Assembly: GCF_006345805.1 (NCBI RefSeq)
Contig: NW_021834169.1
Coordinates: forward strand, 1 to 51,300
DNA from: Octopus sinensis
Taxonomy: Eukaryota
Direction of reading: 5' to 3'
Length of the DNA: 51,300 bases
In this document: piece after piece, positions 11,211 to 23,599 of the stretch
Layout: every line of letters starts with the position of its first letter
How positions within the stretch are numbered: position 1 is the first letter of the stretch
Made by a program: the position numbers and the translations under genes
The notes under the pieces: model-generated
What the model was told of the DNA's origin: nothing
Seen by the model: the letters and a program-made list of their open reading frames with translations, nothing else
Databases searched by the model: none

Positions 11211-11655
11211 CGAGGGGCCTCTGTCCCCTCCACCAACGGGCAACAGAATGTAGCTGGTTAACTACATGGACGTATATGGCTGTTGATGTAATGAATTATA
11301 TCAGAATGATTCGTAATGCGTTCAGGCAGTTTCGAACGCAAATACGCTAATCGCTGCTGTGATCATCGCAGGAGAACAGTTTCTTTACGACGAACGTGGG
11401 TTCATACCCCCACTCGATTTCATCAACACAAGGGAATTTGGGACACGGGGGTTTCTAAAGCCTTGTGACTCCTCAGCCAGAAGTACCATCAGACCATTGA
11501 ATCTAAAAAAAAACGATGAACTTCTATATAACTTCAACGAATCATCAGTTGTTGATCCGCGCTGATATCCACCAAACGATAATGCTAGACCGATACGTGA
11601 TGATAGCAAGAATCGGTCGTAAAACATCAGTCAATTCCACACTTCTACCCTGAGG
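11211..11655 (+). mobile_element. Heavily decayed mariner transposase remnant
   Basis: TA|cgagggg left end; frameshifted IIAGE/DE/TWVH, ARSTI and HQ-DNARP motifs resembling mariner GDETWVH and HDNARPH; no right TIR found. Confidence 0.55.
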
Positions 11656-11804
11656 AGGATGTTTAGAGTCCCAAAGTAGATTAATCGTTTTCATAATAAA
11701 TTTATTAAATAATATACCCATGTTAACCAGGCGCGTGGTGCATAACGCTATTGAGATATACATACATGTATATCTTAATGTGAGATTGTTTGTGAATATA
11801 CGTA

Positions 11805-11891
11805 TTTATATATTATAATATATATATATATACACACACACATATATATAGATAAATATACACGTGTGTATGTATGTATTTATCGATGGAT

Positions 11892-11922
<31 letters not shown>

Positions 11923-11980
11923 CATACACACATATATATAGATAAATACATACACGTGTGTATGTATGTATTTATCGATG

Positions 11981-12016
<36 letters not shown>

Positions 12017-12107
12017 TATATAGATAAATACATACACGTGTGTATGTATGTATTTATCGATGGATATATATATATACATACACACACTCTCATATACATA
12101 TTCATAT

Positions 12108-12139
<32 letters not shown>

Positions 12140-12165
12140 ATGTATGTATGTATGTGTGTATCATA
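11805..12165. repeat. Three ~85-bp tandem units with variable (TA)n spacers
   Basis: acacatatatatagataaata..cacgtgtgtatgtatgtatttatcgatggat at about 11835, 11927 and 12007. Confidence 0.9.
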
Positions 12166-12855
12166 TGACTTCGTGTGTGATACCAAGTGCATTACATATT
12201 CACGTTGATTTCCCTGCCTCTACATGATAATTCAATTTTGACATATTCAACTATAATTTCTATGTTTATTTAAATTCCGATACCATTGTCGCAATTCTGC
12301 TACAGAATTCATTTTGTTTTCGGCATCTTTGTTCATGCATATACATTATTGTATTGTATACATAGTTCAAGACCTGATGACAGAATGTGTGTGTAGAGGC
12401 GTGATGAAGAAAAATGAGGATGTCCGTATATGTAATACTATGAGCGGTTCTCGATAAATATATGCACACATCTATGTGTGTGTGTGTCATGTTTGTATGT
12501 ACGTATGTATGTGTCTGTCCATGCATGTACGCTTGTGTATATACATGTGTGTATACGTTTGTGTATATAAAAGTGTGGGAGAGAGAGAGAGAGAGAGAGG
12601 ATTATAGTGAAGTATAACTAGATTGATTAATCGATTGATTTTTCAGAGAAATGAATGGATGTGTTCGTTATACATAGGAACACATGACAGTATGGTGTGT
12701 GTGTGTGTGTGTGTGTGTAACGAATCATCACTCTCACATCTCGTGTGCGTTTATATATATATGTGTGTGCGTGTATGTATGGGCATATATAAAGATGTGT
12801 GTGTTTGAGTGTATGTATATATGTATGTGTGTATATATACATATATATGTGTGTG

Positions 12856-12902
<47 letters not shown>

Positions 12903-12908
12903 TCACAT

Positions 12909-13014
12909 ACGATGGGTCTTTTTTAGTTTGTCTACAAAATTCATTTAGGAAGCTTTGGTTGCGTTGGAGTTGTAGTTAAGATGAGCGCAAGGTGCCAGGC
13001 AGTGAGAATGAAAC
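12909..13014 (-). mobile_element. SINE family A core, diverged
   Basis: gctttggtt..gcgcaaggtgccaggcagtg. Confidence 0.6.
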
Positions 13015-13017
13015 GTT

Positions 13018-13096
13018 AGTACCAGTCAAGTATTGGGGTCGATGTAATCGAGTAGTCCCCTCCCCGCAAATTTCAGGTCTTGTGCCTATAGTAGAA

Positions 13097-13143
<47 letters not shown>

Positions 13144-13640
13144 GACGGCAAGCTGGCAGAAACGTTAGCACGCCAGGTGAAATGTTTTGCGGTATTTCGT
13201 CTGTCATTACGTTCTGAGTTCAAATTCCGCCGTGGTCGACTTTACCTTACGGGGGTCGATAAATTAAGTACCAGTTACCTACTGTGTCGATTTAATCGAC
13301 TGCCTCCCTTCCGCGTCACCGAAAAAAAATTTATTTAAGACGGCGAGCTGGAAGAATCGTTAAGCACGCCGGGCGAGATTCTTAGCGATATTTCGTTTGT
13401 CTTCACGTCCTAAATTCAAATTCCGCCGTGGTCGACTTCACCTTTCATCCTCATATATAAGCTGGCGAAGGGGAGAAACTGGTTAAAGTAACGGGCAAAT
13501 GCTTTGCGTTATTCGTTGCTTCTCCTTAGATCTCGAGTTCAAATCTCACCGATAATCATCTATCTGGGTATCAATAAAATTAAATAGCAGTCTAGTCAAT
13601 AGAATCGATAGTAACTACCGACACCCTCCCCTCAAGTCAA
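13018..13640 (+). mobile_element. Cluster of four family-B SINE pieces
   Basis: Heads g(a)cgg.gagctgg at 13143, 13337 and 13457; B-box gagttcaaattcc; one 3' piece with (ATT)n tail. Confidence 0.85.
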
Positions 13641-13686
13641 TTGTGTGTGTGCGCGTATGTGTGTGTGAGTGAGTGTGTGAATTGTA

Positions 13687-13920
13687 CAGGGGGTTCAAAA
13701 GGTCTCTCCACAGTAATTATTTAATGGTTTTCGGGCGATTCTTGTACACTGATCCTTTACTCGCTCCCCAGAAAAAAAGTCTGGCTGTGTTAAATCAGGT
13801 GGTTTTGGTGGCCAAAATCCCTTCAAAATCATCCGTTCGCCGAAAAACTCTCGAAGTAGCGCCATGGTGATGCGCAGGATGAAAAAAAATTCACTGCGGA
13901 GAGACTTTTTGAATACCCAG
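13687..13920 (-). mobile_element. Tc1/mariner deletion derivative, 234 bp
   Basis: ~28-bp TIRs (cagggggttcaaaaggtctctcc / ggagagactttttgaatacccag), TA TSD; minus strand ALLREFFGERMILKGFWPPKPPDLTQPDFF resembles WPPRSPDLTP.DFF. Confidence 0.85.
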
Positions 13921-13926
13921 TATATA

Positions 13927-14045
13927 AGGATGACTATGTGGTTAGGGATTTTACTTTGCCACTGTGTGTATTCCGGTTCAGTCCCACTGCATGTCAACGT
14001 GGATAAGTATCTTCTACAATAGCCTCGGGTCGACCAAAGACTTAT
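13927..14045 (+). mobile_element. SINE family A head/core fragment
   Basis: ggttcagtcccactg..cttctacaatagcctcgggtcgaccaaag. Confidence 0.75.
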
Positions 14046-14089
14046 TTTTCAAATTGGTTGTTGAAACCGTGTGGGACCCGTCGTGTTGT

Positions 14090-14143
<54 letters not shown>

Positions 14144-14489
14144 TATAATACACTTTTTTATGCAAGGGCAGGCAATGCGAGCCACAACCGAGGAACATCA
14201 CAAATTTCAAAGATAGACCAAACACATACAAATCTTATATACTAATTCATATCTAGACAGTTCGACATTTTAAAAAGTTTAAAAATTCAGTAATATATAA
14301 GTATCATATACAAATAAAAATATATAACTTTATATTTTGTAATATATACATATAATATACATACATAATATGTATATAAATATCTATACATACATAAATA
14401 TATATACATATTAGTTACTTTTGGAGAATAGTGAAGTTATGGGAATACAGCAGAGTTAAGAAAAAGTACTGTTGTATATTTGTGTGGCT

Positions 14490-14670
14490 GAGCCCTTCAA
14501 GTCAATGACCCAGCATGACCAAAATCGAATTACTCGAACAAATAAAAAGCATATATGTATAAGGTGGTGCTGCAGAATGGCCCCTGTCAAATGAATGAAG
14601 TATGTAATGAATATATATATATATGCTCCAGCATGGCCGCAGTCAAATGACTGAAACAAGTAAAAGAGTA
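14490..14670 (+). mobile_element. Three short family-A tail fragments
   Basis: Best copy tgctccagcatggccgcagtcaaatgactgaaacaagtaaaagag. Confidence 0.65.
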
Positions 14671-14803
14671 TATATATATAGCACCTCGATTTCTGAGCAA
14701 CTGTCATCACGAATAAGTCGTGCATTATATATATATATATACAGGTAGTAGATATATATAAAGCACGATTTATTCTTTATATATATATATATATTCATTA
14801 CGT

Positions 14804-15189
14804 GTGGAGACGCAATGGCCTAGTGGTTAGGGCAGCGGACACACGGTCGTAGGATCACGGTTTCGTAGGATCACAACCGGGAGTTGTGAATGTTTATTTG
14901 GTTATTCAGCGAAGACACCTAAAGAGTCGTGAGGCTCCGGTAGGGGATGGTGGCGAACTCTGGGTGTATTATTTCACCACAACTTTCTCTCACTCTGTCT
15001 TGTTTCTGTTGTACCTTTATTTCAAAGGGCCAGCCTTGTCACACTCTGTGTCACGCTGGATCTCCCCGAGAACTACGTTAATGGATTGCTCTGTGGCTTG
15101 CTCTGCCACTTGCACGTTATTTTTACGAGTAGGCTGTTCCGTTGATCAGATTAACTGGAACCCTCGTCGTCGTAACCGACGGAGTGCCA
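14804..15189 (+). mobile_element. SINE family C (tRNA head; 3' end ccctcgtcgtcgtaaccgacggagtgcc)
   Basis: A-box tggcctagtgg; colinear with 26075-26454. Confidence 0.85.
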
Positions 15190-15233
15190 CGATTGATTAT
15201 GTGCACAGAGAGAGAGAGAGAGAGAGAGTCAAC

Positions 15234-15320
15234 TATGCGAATAAACAGATTAGATACATCAAATATATTAATTATATAAAATGTAATATATTTGATGTAT
15301 CTAATTTGTTTATCTGCATA
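15234..15320 (+). other. Long hairpin: 30-bp stem, 13-nt loop
   Basis: 15241-15270 pairs with 15284-15313 with a single G-U pair on the + strand. Confidence 0.9.
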
Positions 15321-15479
15321 ATTTCCTCTGAATCCGCTCAACTTGATCCCTCTTACAGCCATTCTTTACCTTGCCGATTCGATCCCCTATAAAGACATCA
15401 GTCTCTAAGCCAGAATGTTTTGACCACTACCAAATGTCAGAGAATCATCGCTGGATCTCATCTATTGACTATACATACT

Positions 15480-15787
15480 ATACTATACATACGTACACAC
15501 ACACACACACATACACACACACACATATATATATATATATGTATATAATATGTATATATATATAATATGTAATATGTATGTATATATATATTGTATATAG
15601 ATATAATATATATTGATATATATATATAATATGTATATATATATATAATATGTATATATAGATATATATATATATGTATATATATATAATATGTATATAT
15701 ATAATATGTTATATATATATATATGTATATATATATATCTATATGTATATATATATAATATGTATATATATATTTATAATATGTATG

Positions 15788-15835
<48 letters not shown>

Positions 15836-15869
15836 CACACATACAGAGGGATATAGATAGATAAAGAGT

Positions 15870-15912
<43 letters not shown>
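15480..15912. repeat. CA/TA/TG/GATA compound microsatellite
   Basis: Direct reading. Confidence 0.95.
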
Positions 15913-15913
<1 letters not shown>

Positions 15914-16349
15914 CCAAAATATTCCACCAGAAACACAGCCCTACCTCCATCACTTTATTTAATCGATATCCCATTTCGGAGGAACGAATGAAATATAAAA
16001 TAATGAAAGAAACAAATATTTGCAGAGAGAGACATATTGTGTAGGCTCTTTACAGAAATGGCGGTCCTTTATGCCAATCCTTCATGTTTCATAATATGCC
16101 AGGTCGTTTATTTCATAAATTTGTATAATGTTTCTAACTCTATTAAATAAACCCACGGCTGTGTGTGAACCGAAGGAGTCATACATAATGACTTCCTAAA
16201 AGATAGTCGCACGCATGCGTGCTGGCGCAGTTTCGCACACTGTCGTACGATCACATACGCACACAGGTCTTTCTCTCTCGATCATAGAAATACGCACACG
16301 CATACACACACGCACACCCGCACATACTCACACGCACACACACACATTT

Positions 16350-16745
16350 ATATATACACACGTATATATATATATATATATATATATATACTTCCTATAA
16401 CACACACACACACACTCATATATACACATATATAAATATTTGCATATCTCTCTATACCTACACATATACATATATACACATATGTATATATATAATGTAT
16501 ATATATATATATATATGTACGTATATATACTTCCTATAACACGCACACTCATATATGCACATATATAAATATTTGCATTTGTCTCTCTATACATACACAC
16601 ATATATGTATATTTATATGTATATATACACATATGTATATATATATATATATATACACATATCTATAATGCATATATATATATATATCTGTGTATATATA
16701 TATGCATATACACATATTCATATAAATGCATACATACATTACATA
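16350..16745. repeat. TA/CA array with a ~137-bp tandem duplication
   Basis: cttcctataacac..aaatatttgcat occurs at about 16391 and 16529. Confidence 0.9.
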
Positions 16746-16769
16746 TAGCTTCCATCGGCATTTTATGTA

Positions 16770-17215
16770 GAATCATTCTCTATCGCAACATTCAAGTATT
16801 CTGGGAATCTTTTATTCATGTATTCTATACTTACTTCCCGCCACCTCCAAAAGAGTAAATAAATAGTAAAAAAACAACAACAACAAAAATAATAAATATA
16901 TAAATAAAATAAACTGTCTGTTGTTTGCTTATCTTTCAATGTAGATAACACGATGAAGTTTCCTTCATTCATGTATTCCAGCCAATCTATTATTCATATA
17001 TTCTATACGTATGTACTCCATAATACCTTCCCCTGTTTATCTTCGATACTAGATACACAACCAAAACCTCCTACATTCATGTATTCTGTAAATCTATTAT
17101 TCATTTGATTCCTTATCAGCCGCGACATCCGATGTTTATCTTCAATGTCGATAACAACGCGGTTTCAATAATATCATTCGCTTATTCTGTAAATCTATTA
17201 TTCATATATATATTT
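16770..17215. repeat. Decayed tandem repeat, about 4 units, ~100-bp period for the last three
   Basis: Recurrent tgtttatcttc..gata and attcatgtattctgtaaatctattattcat motifs. Confidence 0.7.
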
Positions 17216-17470
17216 CATATCTATTACAACAGTTGACGTTTAATCTCTCTATAAGGATCAATAAGTTATCTAAACCCTGAATCTATTCGAAATCAAATAC
17301 TTCTTTTTCTAAGTATTTCATTGAAACTTTAATAGAAACTTCCAATTTATAAGTTCTCTAACATGTTGCAGTTGTTGTTGTTGTTGTTGTTGTTTTTGAT
17401 TTACGAACATCTGTAAAAATGTATATAAATAAGATCCATCTTCCTTAAAGGGATTTAAAAGACGATTTCG

Positions 17471-17525
17471 CTATTTGCAGCTGACGATGTGCAATAACGT
17501 AGAAACGCATACGTCTTACGATCGA
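17471..17525 (+). ncRNA. Hammerhead-ribozyme-like core (type I, minimal or degenerate)
   Basis: CTGACGA (17481-87), weak stem II, GAAA, stem III ACG-cata-CGT, GTC triplet (17513-15); stem I poor. Confidence 0.3.
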
Positions 17526-17879
17526 TTAGGTTATTCATAAGTTGAATGTGTTTTCGCACATTTCGTCTGAGAAACAATATTTTCTGACAGGATCATTACA
17601 GTAGCGTTATGCCTTCCCGCGTCAGAGTGTACCAGGAAGTGTTTAAAATACGTTTGTACAATTTTTATATATTTATATCATATTTGTTAAATTCCGGTTT
17701 TTGTAACTTGTTAATTTACTCCAACTTGCATACATTAGAAAATGTACTTCTTACCGTACTTACAAATAAGAACCATCGTCCTTAAGGCTGTGACAGACGA
17801 ATTCGGTATGTGTCTTACGATCAATGAGAACATATAGAGCCCAATCTGCAGCGTGTATATGTATATGTGTGTGTATGGA

Positions 17880-18025
17880 TATGTCTGTGTATGTATATGT
17901 GTGTGTGTATGGATGGATGGATGGATGGATGGATGGATGGATGGATGGATGGATTGATTGATTCATTCATTCATTCATTCATTCATTCATTCATTGATTC
18001 ATTCATTGATTCATTCATTCATCAA
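17880..18025. repeat. (GGAT)n/(ATTC)n microsatellite
   Basis: Direct reading. Confidence 0.95.
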
Positions 18026-18051
18026 TCAATCAGCACTCCAGCTTACATACT

Positions 18052-18610
18052 TTCCTACTCTAGGCACAATGCCCGAAATTTTGGGGAAGGAAGGACCAGT
18101 CGATTAGTTCGACCGTAATACGCGACTGGAACTTAATTTATCGACCCCGAAAGGATGAAAGACAAAGTCGACCTCGGCGGAATTTGAACTCAGAACGTAA
18201 CGGCAGACGAAATAGGGCTAAACATAGAGGGGACAAACAAGGACAGACAAAGGGATTAAGTCGATTATATCGACCTCAGTGCGTAACTGGTACTTATTTA
18301 ATCGACCCCGAAAGGATGAAAGGCAAAGTCGATTTCGGCGGAATTTGAACTCAGAACGTAACGGCAGACGAAATACCTATTTCTTTACTACCCACATGGG
18401 GCTAAACATAGAGGGGACAAACAAGGACAGACAAACGGATTAAATCTATTATATCGTTCACAGTGCGTAACTGGTACTTAATTTATTGACCCCGAAAGGA
18501 TGAAAGGCAAAGTCGACCTCGTCGGAATTTGAACTCGAAACATAAAGACAGACGAAATACCGCTAAGCATTTCGCCCGATGTGCTAACGTTTCTGCCTGC
18601 TCGCCACCTT
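18052..18610 (-). mobile_element. Family-B SINE trimer
   Basis: Three bodies; junctions at ~18214 (deleted variant) and 18376 (gacgaaatac|ctatttc); one head. Confidence 0.92.
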
Positions 18611-18955
18611 ACTCCAACTTATATTTAGCAAACATAATACTCACGAATATTACAATAATATTCTCCATCTATCAACCAGTCAATATAGTTAAACAGAACT
18701 ATGTTAGCAGTTTTATAATTATATTAAGCATCTTATCAATCCAGATATGTAACAGCAAACGTTGCGCATTTAAGGCGTTATATAATGTAATGAAGGAATA
18801 TAAATGGAATGTGAACGCGCATAAACTGAGCTGTCCATTTCTCACCGCGCTTTTCCTATTGTAAACCTTGTGTCAAAGTGAAACACTCCTTATGTATTTA
18901 CAGCGGCCGGCAATAAATCTTTCGTTTGGAGTTCATACTAAGCGGAGTAAAACAT

Positions 18956-19393
18956 TACTCTTTTACTCTTTACTCTTTTACTTGTTTCAGTCATTTGACT
19001 GCGGCCATGCTGGAGCACCGCCTTTAGTCGAGCAAGTCGACCCCGGGACTTATTCTTTGTAAGCCCAGTACTTATTCTATCGGTCCTCTTTTGCCGAACC
19101 GCTAAGTGACGGGGACGTAAACACACTAGCATCGGTTGTCAAGCAATGCTAGGGGGACAAACACACACAAACACACACACACACACCACAATATATATTA
19201 TATATATATAATATATACATACATATATACGACAGGCTTCTTTCAGTTTCCGTCTACCAAATCCACTCACAAGGCATTGGTCGGCCCGGGGCTATAGCAA
19301 AAGACACTTGCCCAAGATGCCACTCTGTGGGACTGAACCCGGAGCCATGTGGTTGGTTAGCAAGCTACTTACCACACAGCCACTCCTGCGCCT
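18956..19393 (-). mobile_element. SINE family A, full length, young subfamily
   Basis: Near-identical to the copies at 23121, 32595 and 44683; tail (TTTACTC)n. Confidence 0.95.
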
Positions 19394-19501
19394 GAAATAC
19401 ATTGATGAAATACATTGACACTCAAACGATATTACGGCAAAGTGTGAGCCAACGATTATGTCCCTCCTAAATATTTTCTTAGTTTTGTAAAATTTTTAAT
19501 G

Positions 19502-19744
19502 TCTTTAGTCTTTTTAGTCTTTTACTTGTTTCAGTCATTTGACTGCGGCCATGCTGTATCACTGCCTTTAGTCGAGCAAATCGACCCCCAAGATCTATTC
19601 GTTGTAAGCCTAGTACTTATTCTATCGGTCTCTTTTTTGCCGAACCGCTAAGTTACGGGGACGTAAACACACCAGCATCGGTTGTCGAGCGATGTTGGGA
19701 GGACAAACACACAAACACAGACACACAAACATATACACACACAT

Positions 19745-19792
<48 letters not shown>

Positions 19793-19941
19793 CGACGGGC
19801 TTCTTTCAGTTTCTGTCTACCAAATCCACTGACAAGGCTTTAATCGGCCCGAGGCTATAGTAGTAGACACTTGCGCAAAGTGCCACGCAGAACCATGTGG
19901 TTGGTAAGCAAGCTACTTACCACACCGCCACTTCTGCGCCT
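19502..19941 (-). mobile_element. SINE family A, near full length, older subfamily
   Basis: Full colinear match with a small deletion in the head. Confidence 0.92.
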
Positions 19942-20204
19942 GTCATTTTTGTCATTTTTTTTCTATAATCATTCGCTCATCTGACCCCAAAATCAGATTG
20001 CATTATATACAATCTTCGTTAGCCCCTTGTGGATAATAAAAAATCAGTTTTATAAACTCACCAACACTACCAAGTCACTTATTAAGGCACAACTGAATTA
20101 CTCTGAGTAAAGCGATTTTTGTCCTTAGGTTACAGCTGTTATTTCCTGTTTGCTTAACCCCACAAATGTTTCCCTCAAACTTTGCTTCTTTTACATTTTT
20201 TCCA

Positions 20205-20350
20205 ACCCCAAAGAATCAATGTCAACACATGGCTATGATGCTCCCGCCACAACTCCTGCTCATGATCAGAGATACACATATTACCAGCCATTAAGGTTAT
20301 GGTTGAGCAACTGTTATGCAAATTTGTGGTATTGAGCAGAATATTTGCTA
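20205..20350 (-). mobile_element. SINE fragment (family F), possibly carrying a Nin/Deu-like central domain
   Basis: catggctatgatgctccc..tgatcagagat..gtggtattgagcagaatatttgct resembles an octopus SINE I recall; single copy here. Confidence 0.45.
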
Positions 20351-21054
20351 TTACGATATTTCTGCTTCAGCAACTCAGCGCTGAATCTGTCTGAAATGTA
20401 ATGGGAAATAGGTAAAACAAAAAAAAAAAAAGGAACAAAGTTTGCAGGGAATAGTAGTCATTTTCTTAGATAGAAGCAAATAGGATATAACACTAACTGA
20501 CCAAAGACAAGAGTAAATATTTTATTTTGTTATACAGTGTTATTCATAATAAGAAACGAAACACGGTTTGATAAACTAAAACTTAAGCAATTCTGATAAA
20601 ATATATATAAGTATCTTTATTATTCTATAAAGATTGGATTTTATTTTAATGATAAACAAAAATAAAATATATAACTGGTTTTAAGAATTACGTCTATAAA
20701 ATTTAAAGAAAAATTTATAACCAAGTTTTGTGTATATTATGAAGAATAATAACTCTTAATGTAATATGCAAATGTTTTAACCATTTCTTTCATTTAAATT
20801 GTGTTCTAATCGATAAATTTAAAGTGTTTTGTAGACATTTATCTGTTGTTCCTAAAAGCAATATGTAATATGTAAAGATATTATTATGAAATTAAATGTA
20901 AATAAATGTATGAGAAAATATAGCTATTAGACGGCGTCGGACTGAAATTATTAAAATATGAAGAATTACTGGAGAGTAATTGGAGTCGAAACAGGTAGGA
21001 ATTTAAAATGTGGTTGGAGATGTTCTAGAATAATAGGATCTTAGATATTGGTTT

Positions 21055-22196
21055 CTAATTCTGTACAAAGCCAGAAATTTCTGGAAAGGGTTTAAGTCGA
21101 TTACATCGACCCCAGTGCTTCACTGGTATTTATATTATCGACTCCGAAAGGGACGAAAGACAAATTCCACCTCGGCGGAATTTGAAATCAGAATCTATAG
21201 ACGGAGGAAATACCTATTTCTTTACTACCTACAAGGGGCTAAACACAGAGGGGACGAACAAGGACACACAAACGGATTAAGTCGATCATATCGACCCCAG
21301 TGCATAACTGGTACTTAATTTATCGACCCCGAAAGGATGAAAGGCAAAGTCGACCTCGACGGAATTTGAACTCAGAACGTAGCGGCAGGCGAAATACCTC
21401 TAGGCATTTCGCCCCGCATGCTAACGATTCTGCCAGCTCGCCGCCTTAACAAGACGGACGAAATACCACTAGGCATTTTGCCCGCCGTGCTAAATCTGCC
21501 AGCTCGCTGCCTTCGTACTAATCATACCTACTATAGGCGCAAGGCCAGCAATTTCGATCGATTATATTGATCACATTTTTTCAACTGGTACTCATTTTAT
21601 CGATCTCGTAAGAATGAAAGGTGGGTTCGACATCGGCGTAATTTGAACTCAGAAGAAATGCCGCTAAGCATTTTGCTCGCCGTGCTAATGATTCTGCCAG
21701 CTCACCATATTAATAGCAATACTGGTTTCATGTTTTGGTACAAGGGCCCTTCGTACAAGGGGTTCTAAGTCAATTACATCGACTCCAGTATTCAACTGGT
21801 ACTCATTTTATCGACCATGAAAGAGTTAAAGTCAAAGTCGACCTCAGCTGAATTTGACCTTAGACAGTAAGGACGGACGAAATGCCACTAAGCATTTGTC
21901 CGGCATATTAATGATTTCACCAGCTCGGTGCCTTAAAAGGATCTTAGATAATAAGGTCTGTTAAGATGTATATAATCCACTCTGCTATTAACACAAGGAT
22001 TGAGATCTGGTGTGAAGAAGGACAGTTCATTATATCAAACCTAGTGTTCAAGTGTTACATTTTTGTCAACCCCAAAAACGATGAAAGACAAAGACAAAAA
22101 CTCGGCAGCATTCACAGTCAGAGCGTAAAGCCGGAAGAAATGTCACAAAGCATTTCGTCCGGCATGCCAAGGGATTCTGTCAGCCATCGCCCTTAA
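21055..22196 (-). mobile_element. Cluster of family-B SINEs, including a young full-length copy (21214-21449) nested in an older copy
   Basis: ~15-bp duplication agacgga(g/c)gaaatac at 21199-21213 and 21452-21466; three further diverged copies to 22196. Confidence 0.9.
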
Positions 22197-22296
22197 GAAA
22201 TATTTAATAATGAACCCTTCACCATGCTAAAACACAAATAACTATATATTTCAGAAAGTATAGTAAATTCATTAGAACATATACTTCTATGTCTAA

Positions 22297-22340
<44 letters not shown>

Positions 22341-22374
22341 TAATATATATATATATATAATATATATATATATC

Positions 22375-22566
22375 ATTACAGATATAGGGTAAAGAATTAT
22401 TAATTTAATAAATTAATAAATTTACCAAGTAGTTTTCGGTATGGAAAAGACCCATATTCGGTAAAAACTTATACATAAAGTTTTTTTTATATAATTATAA
22501 CAATAATTAAGGGTTAAGCAACAAGTTGTTATATGTGGTGTTGCTTAACCCTTAATTATTGTTATA
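22375..22566. other. Structured island of four hairpins inside a (TA)n array
   Basis: Perfect 28-bp inverted repeat 22496-22523/22539-22566 plus stems at 22388-22426, 22440-22456 and 22463-22485. Confidence 0.85.
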
Positions 22567-23067
22567 TATATATATGTATGTATGTATTCACAGAATAATG
22601 AGGCTATCATAGAAAGCTCTTCTTGCGGAGCTGGTTAGCAGACCTCATATTAATTCAATACGGAGGGGTATAATGCAGAGTTCAGTGCAGCTGAAATCCT
22701 TGCAGATTCAATCGATGAGGTTATATCACGAGGCGTATATAAACCATAAAATGTAGGAGGCATGAGAGGTAAATGAACACACATATACGCGCGTACATAT
22801 GCTTTCTGAAATATATAGTTATTTGCATATTCGTACAATGTTATTGGTTATACACGCTCAAATCTTACTCTCAAGTATTTTTCTTTATATTTCATAACTT
22901 CACACTAACGCAATTTTATTATTTCTGTTTCGTAACATATTTGTTTAAATTTAATATCATAATACCATTATTTTTTGCATATTGTATATTACTTTTAGCA
23001 ACAACAGATATTATAGACACTCAGGTTTTATATCGATTCGAAAACAACTTGAATAAGGGAATTGCTT

Positions 23068-23117
<50 letters not shown>

Positions 23118-23120
23118 TAT

Positions 23121-23530
23121 TATCTTTACTCTCTTTACTTGTTTCAGTCATTTGACTGCGGCCATGCTGGAGCACCGTCTTTAGTCGAGCAAATCGACCC
23201 CGGGACTTATTCTTTAGAAGCCCAGTACTTATTCTATCGGTCTCTTTTGCCGAACCGCTAAGTGACGGGGACGTAAACACACCATCATCGGTTGTCAAGC
23301 AATGCTAGGGGGATAAACACAGACACACAAACACACACACACACACACATATATATACATATATACGACAGGCTTCTTTCAGTTTCCATCTACCAAATCC
23401 ACTCACAAGGCATTGGTCGGCCCGGGGCTATAGCAGAAGACACTTGCCCAAGATGCCACGCAGTGGGACTGAACCCGGAACCATGTGGTTGGTAAGCAAG
23501 CTACTTGCCACACAGCCACTCCCGCGCCTA
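23121..23530 (-). mobile_element. SINE family A, full length, young subfamily, inserted in (TA)n
   Basis: Complete element with TA repeats on both flanks. Confidence 0.95.
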
Positions 23531-23599
23531 TATATATATATATATATATATATCTATATATATATATTGAATATTAAATAAAGAGTTATTCTGCAGAAT

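Noticed and set aside
13673-13870. ORF beginning MCELYRGFK, resembling the KChIP/NCS LYRGFK motif
   Set aside because: The motif is simply the translation of the MITE TIR.
18052-18610. Repeat-spacer appearance of family-B multimers (CRISPR-like)
   Set aside because: The units are ~160-190-bp SINE bodies with no unique spacers, no cas genes, and a eukaryotic context.
20214-20295. Exon-like ESMSTHGYDAPATTPAHDQRYTYYQPLR
   Set aside because: It lies antisense within a probable SINE fragment and has a weak donor.
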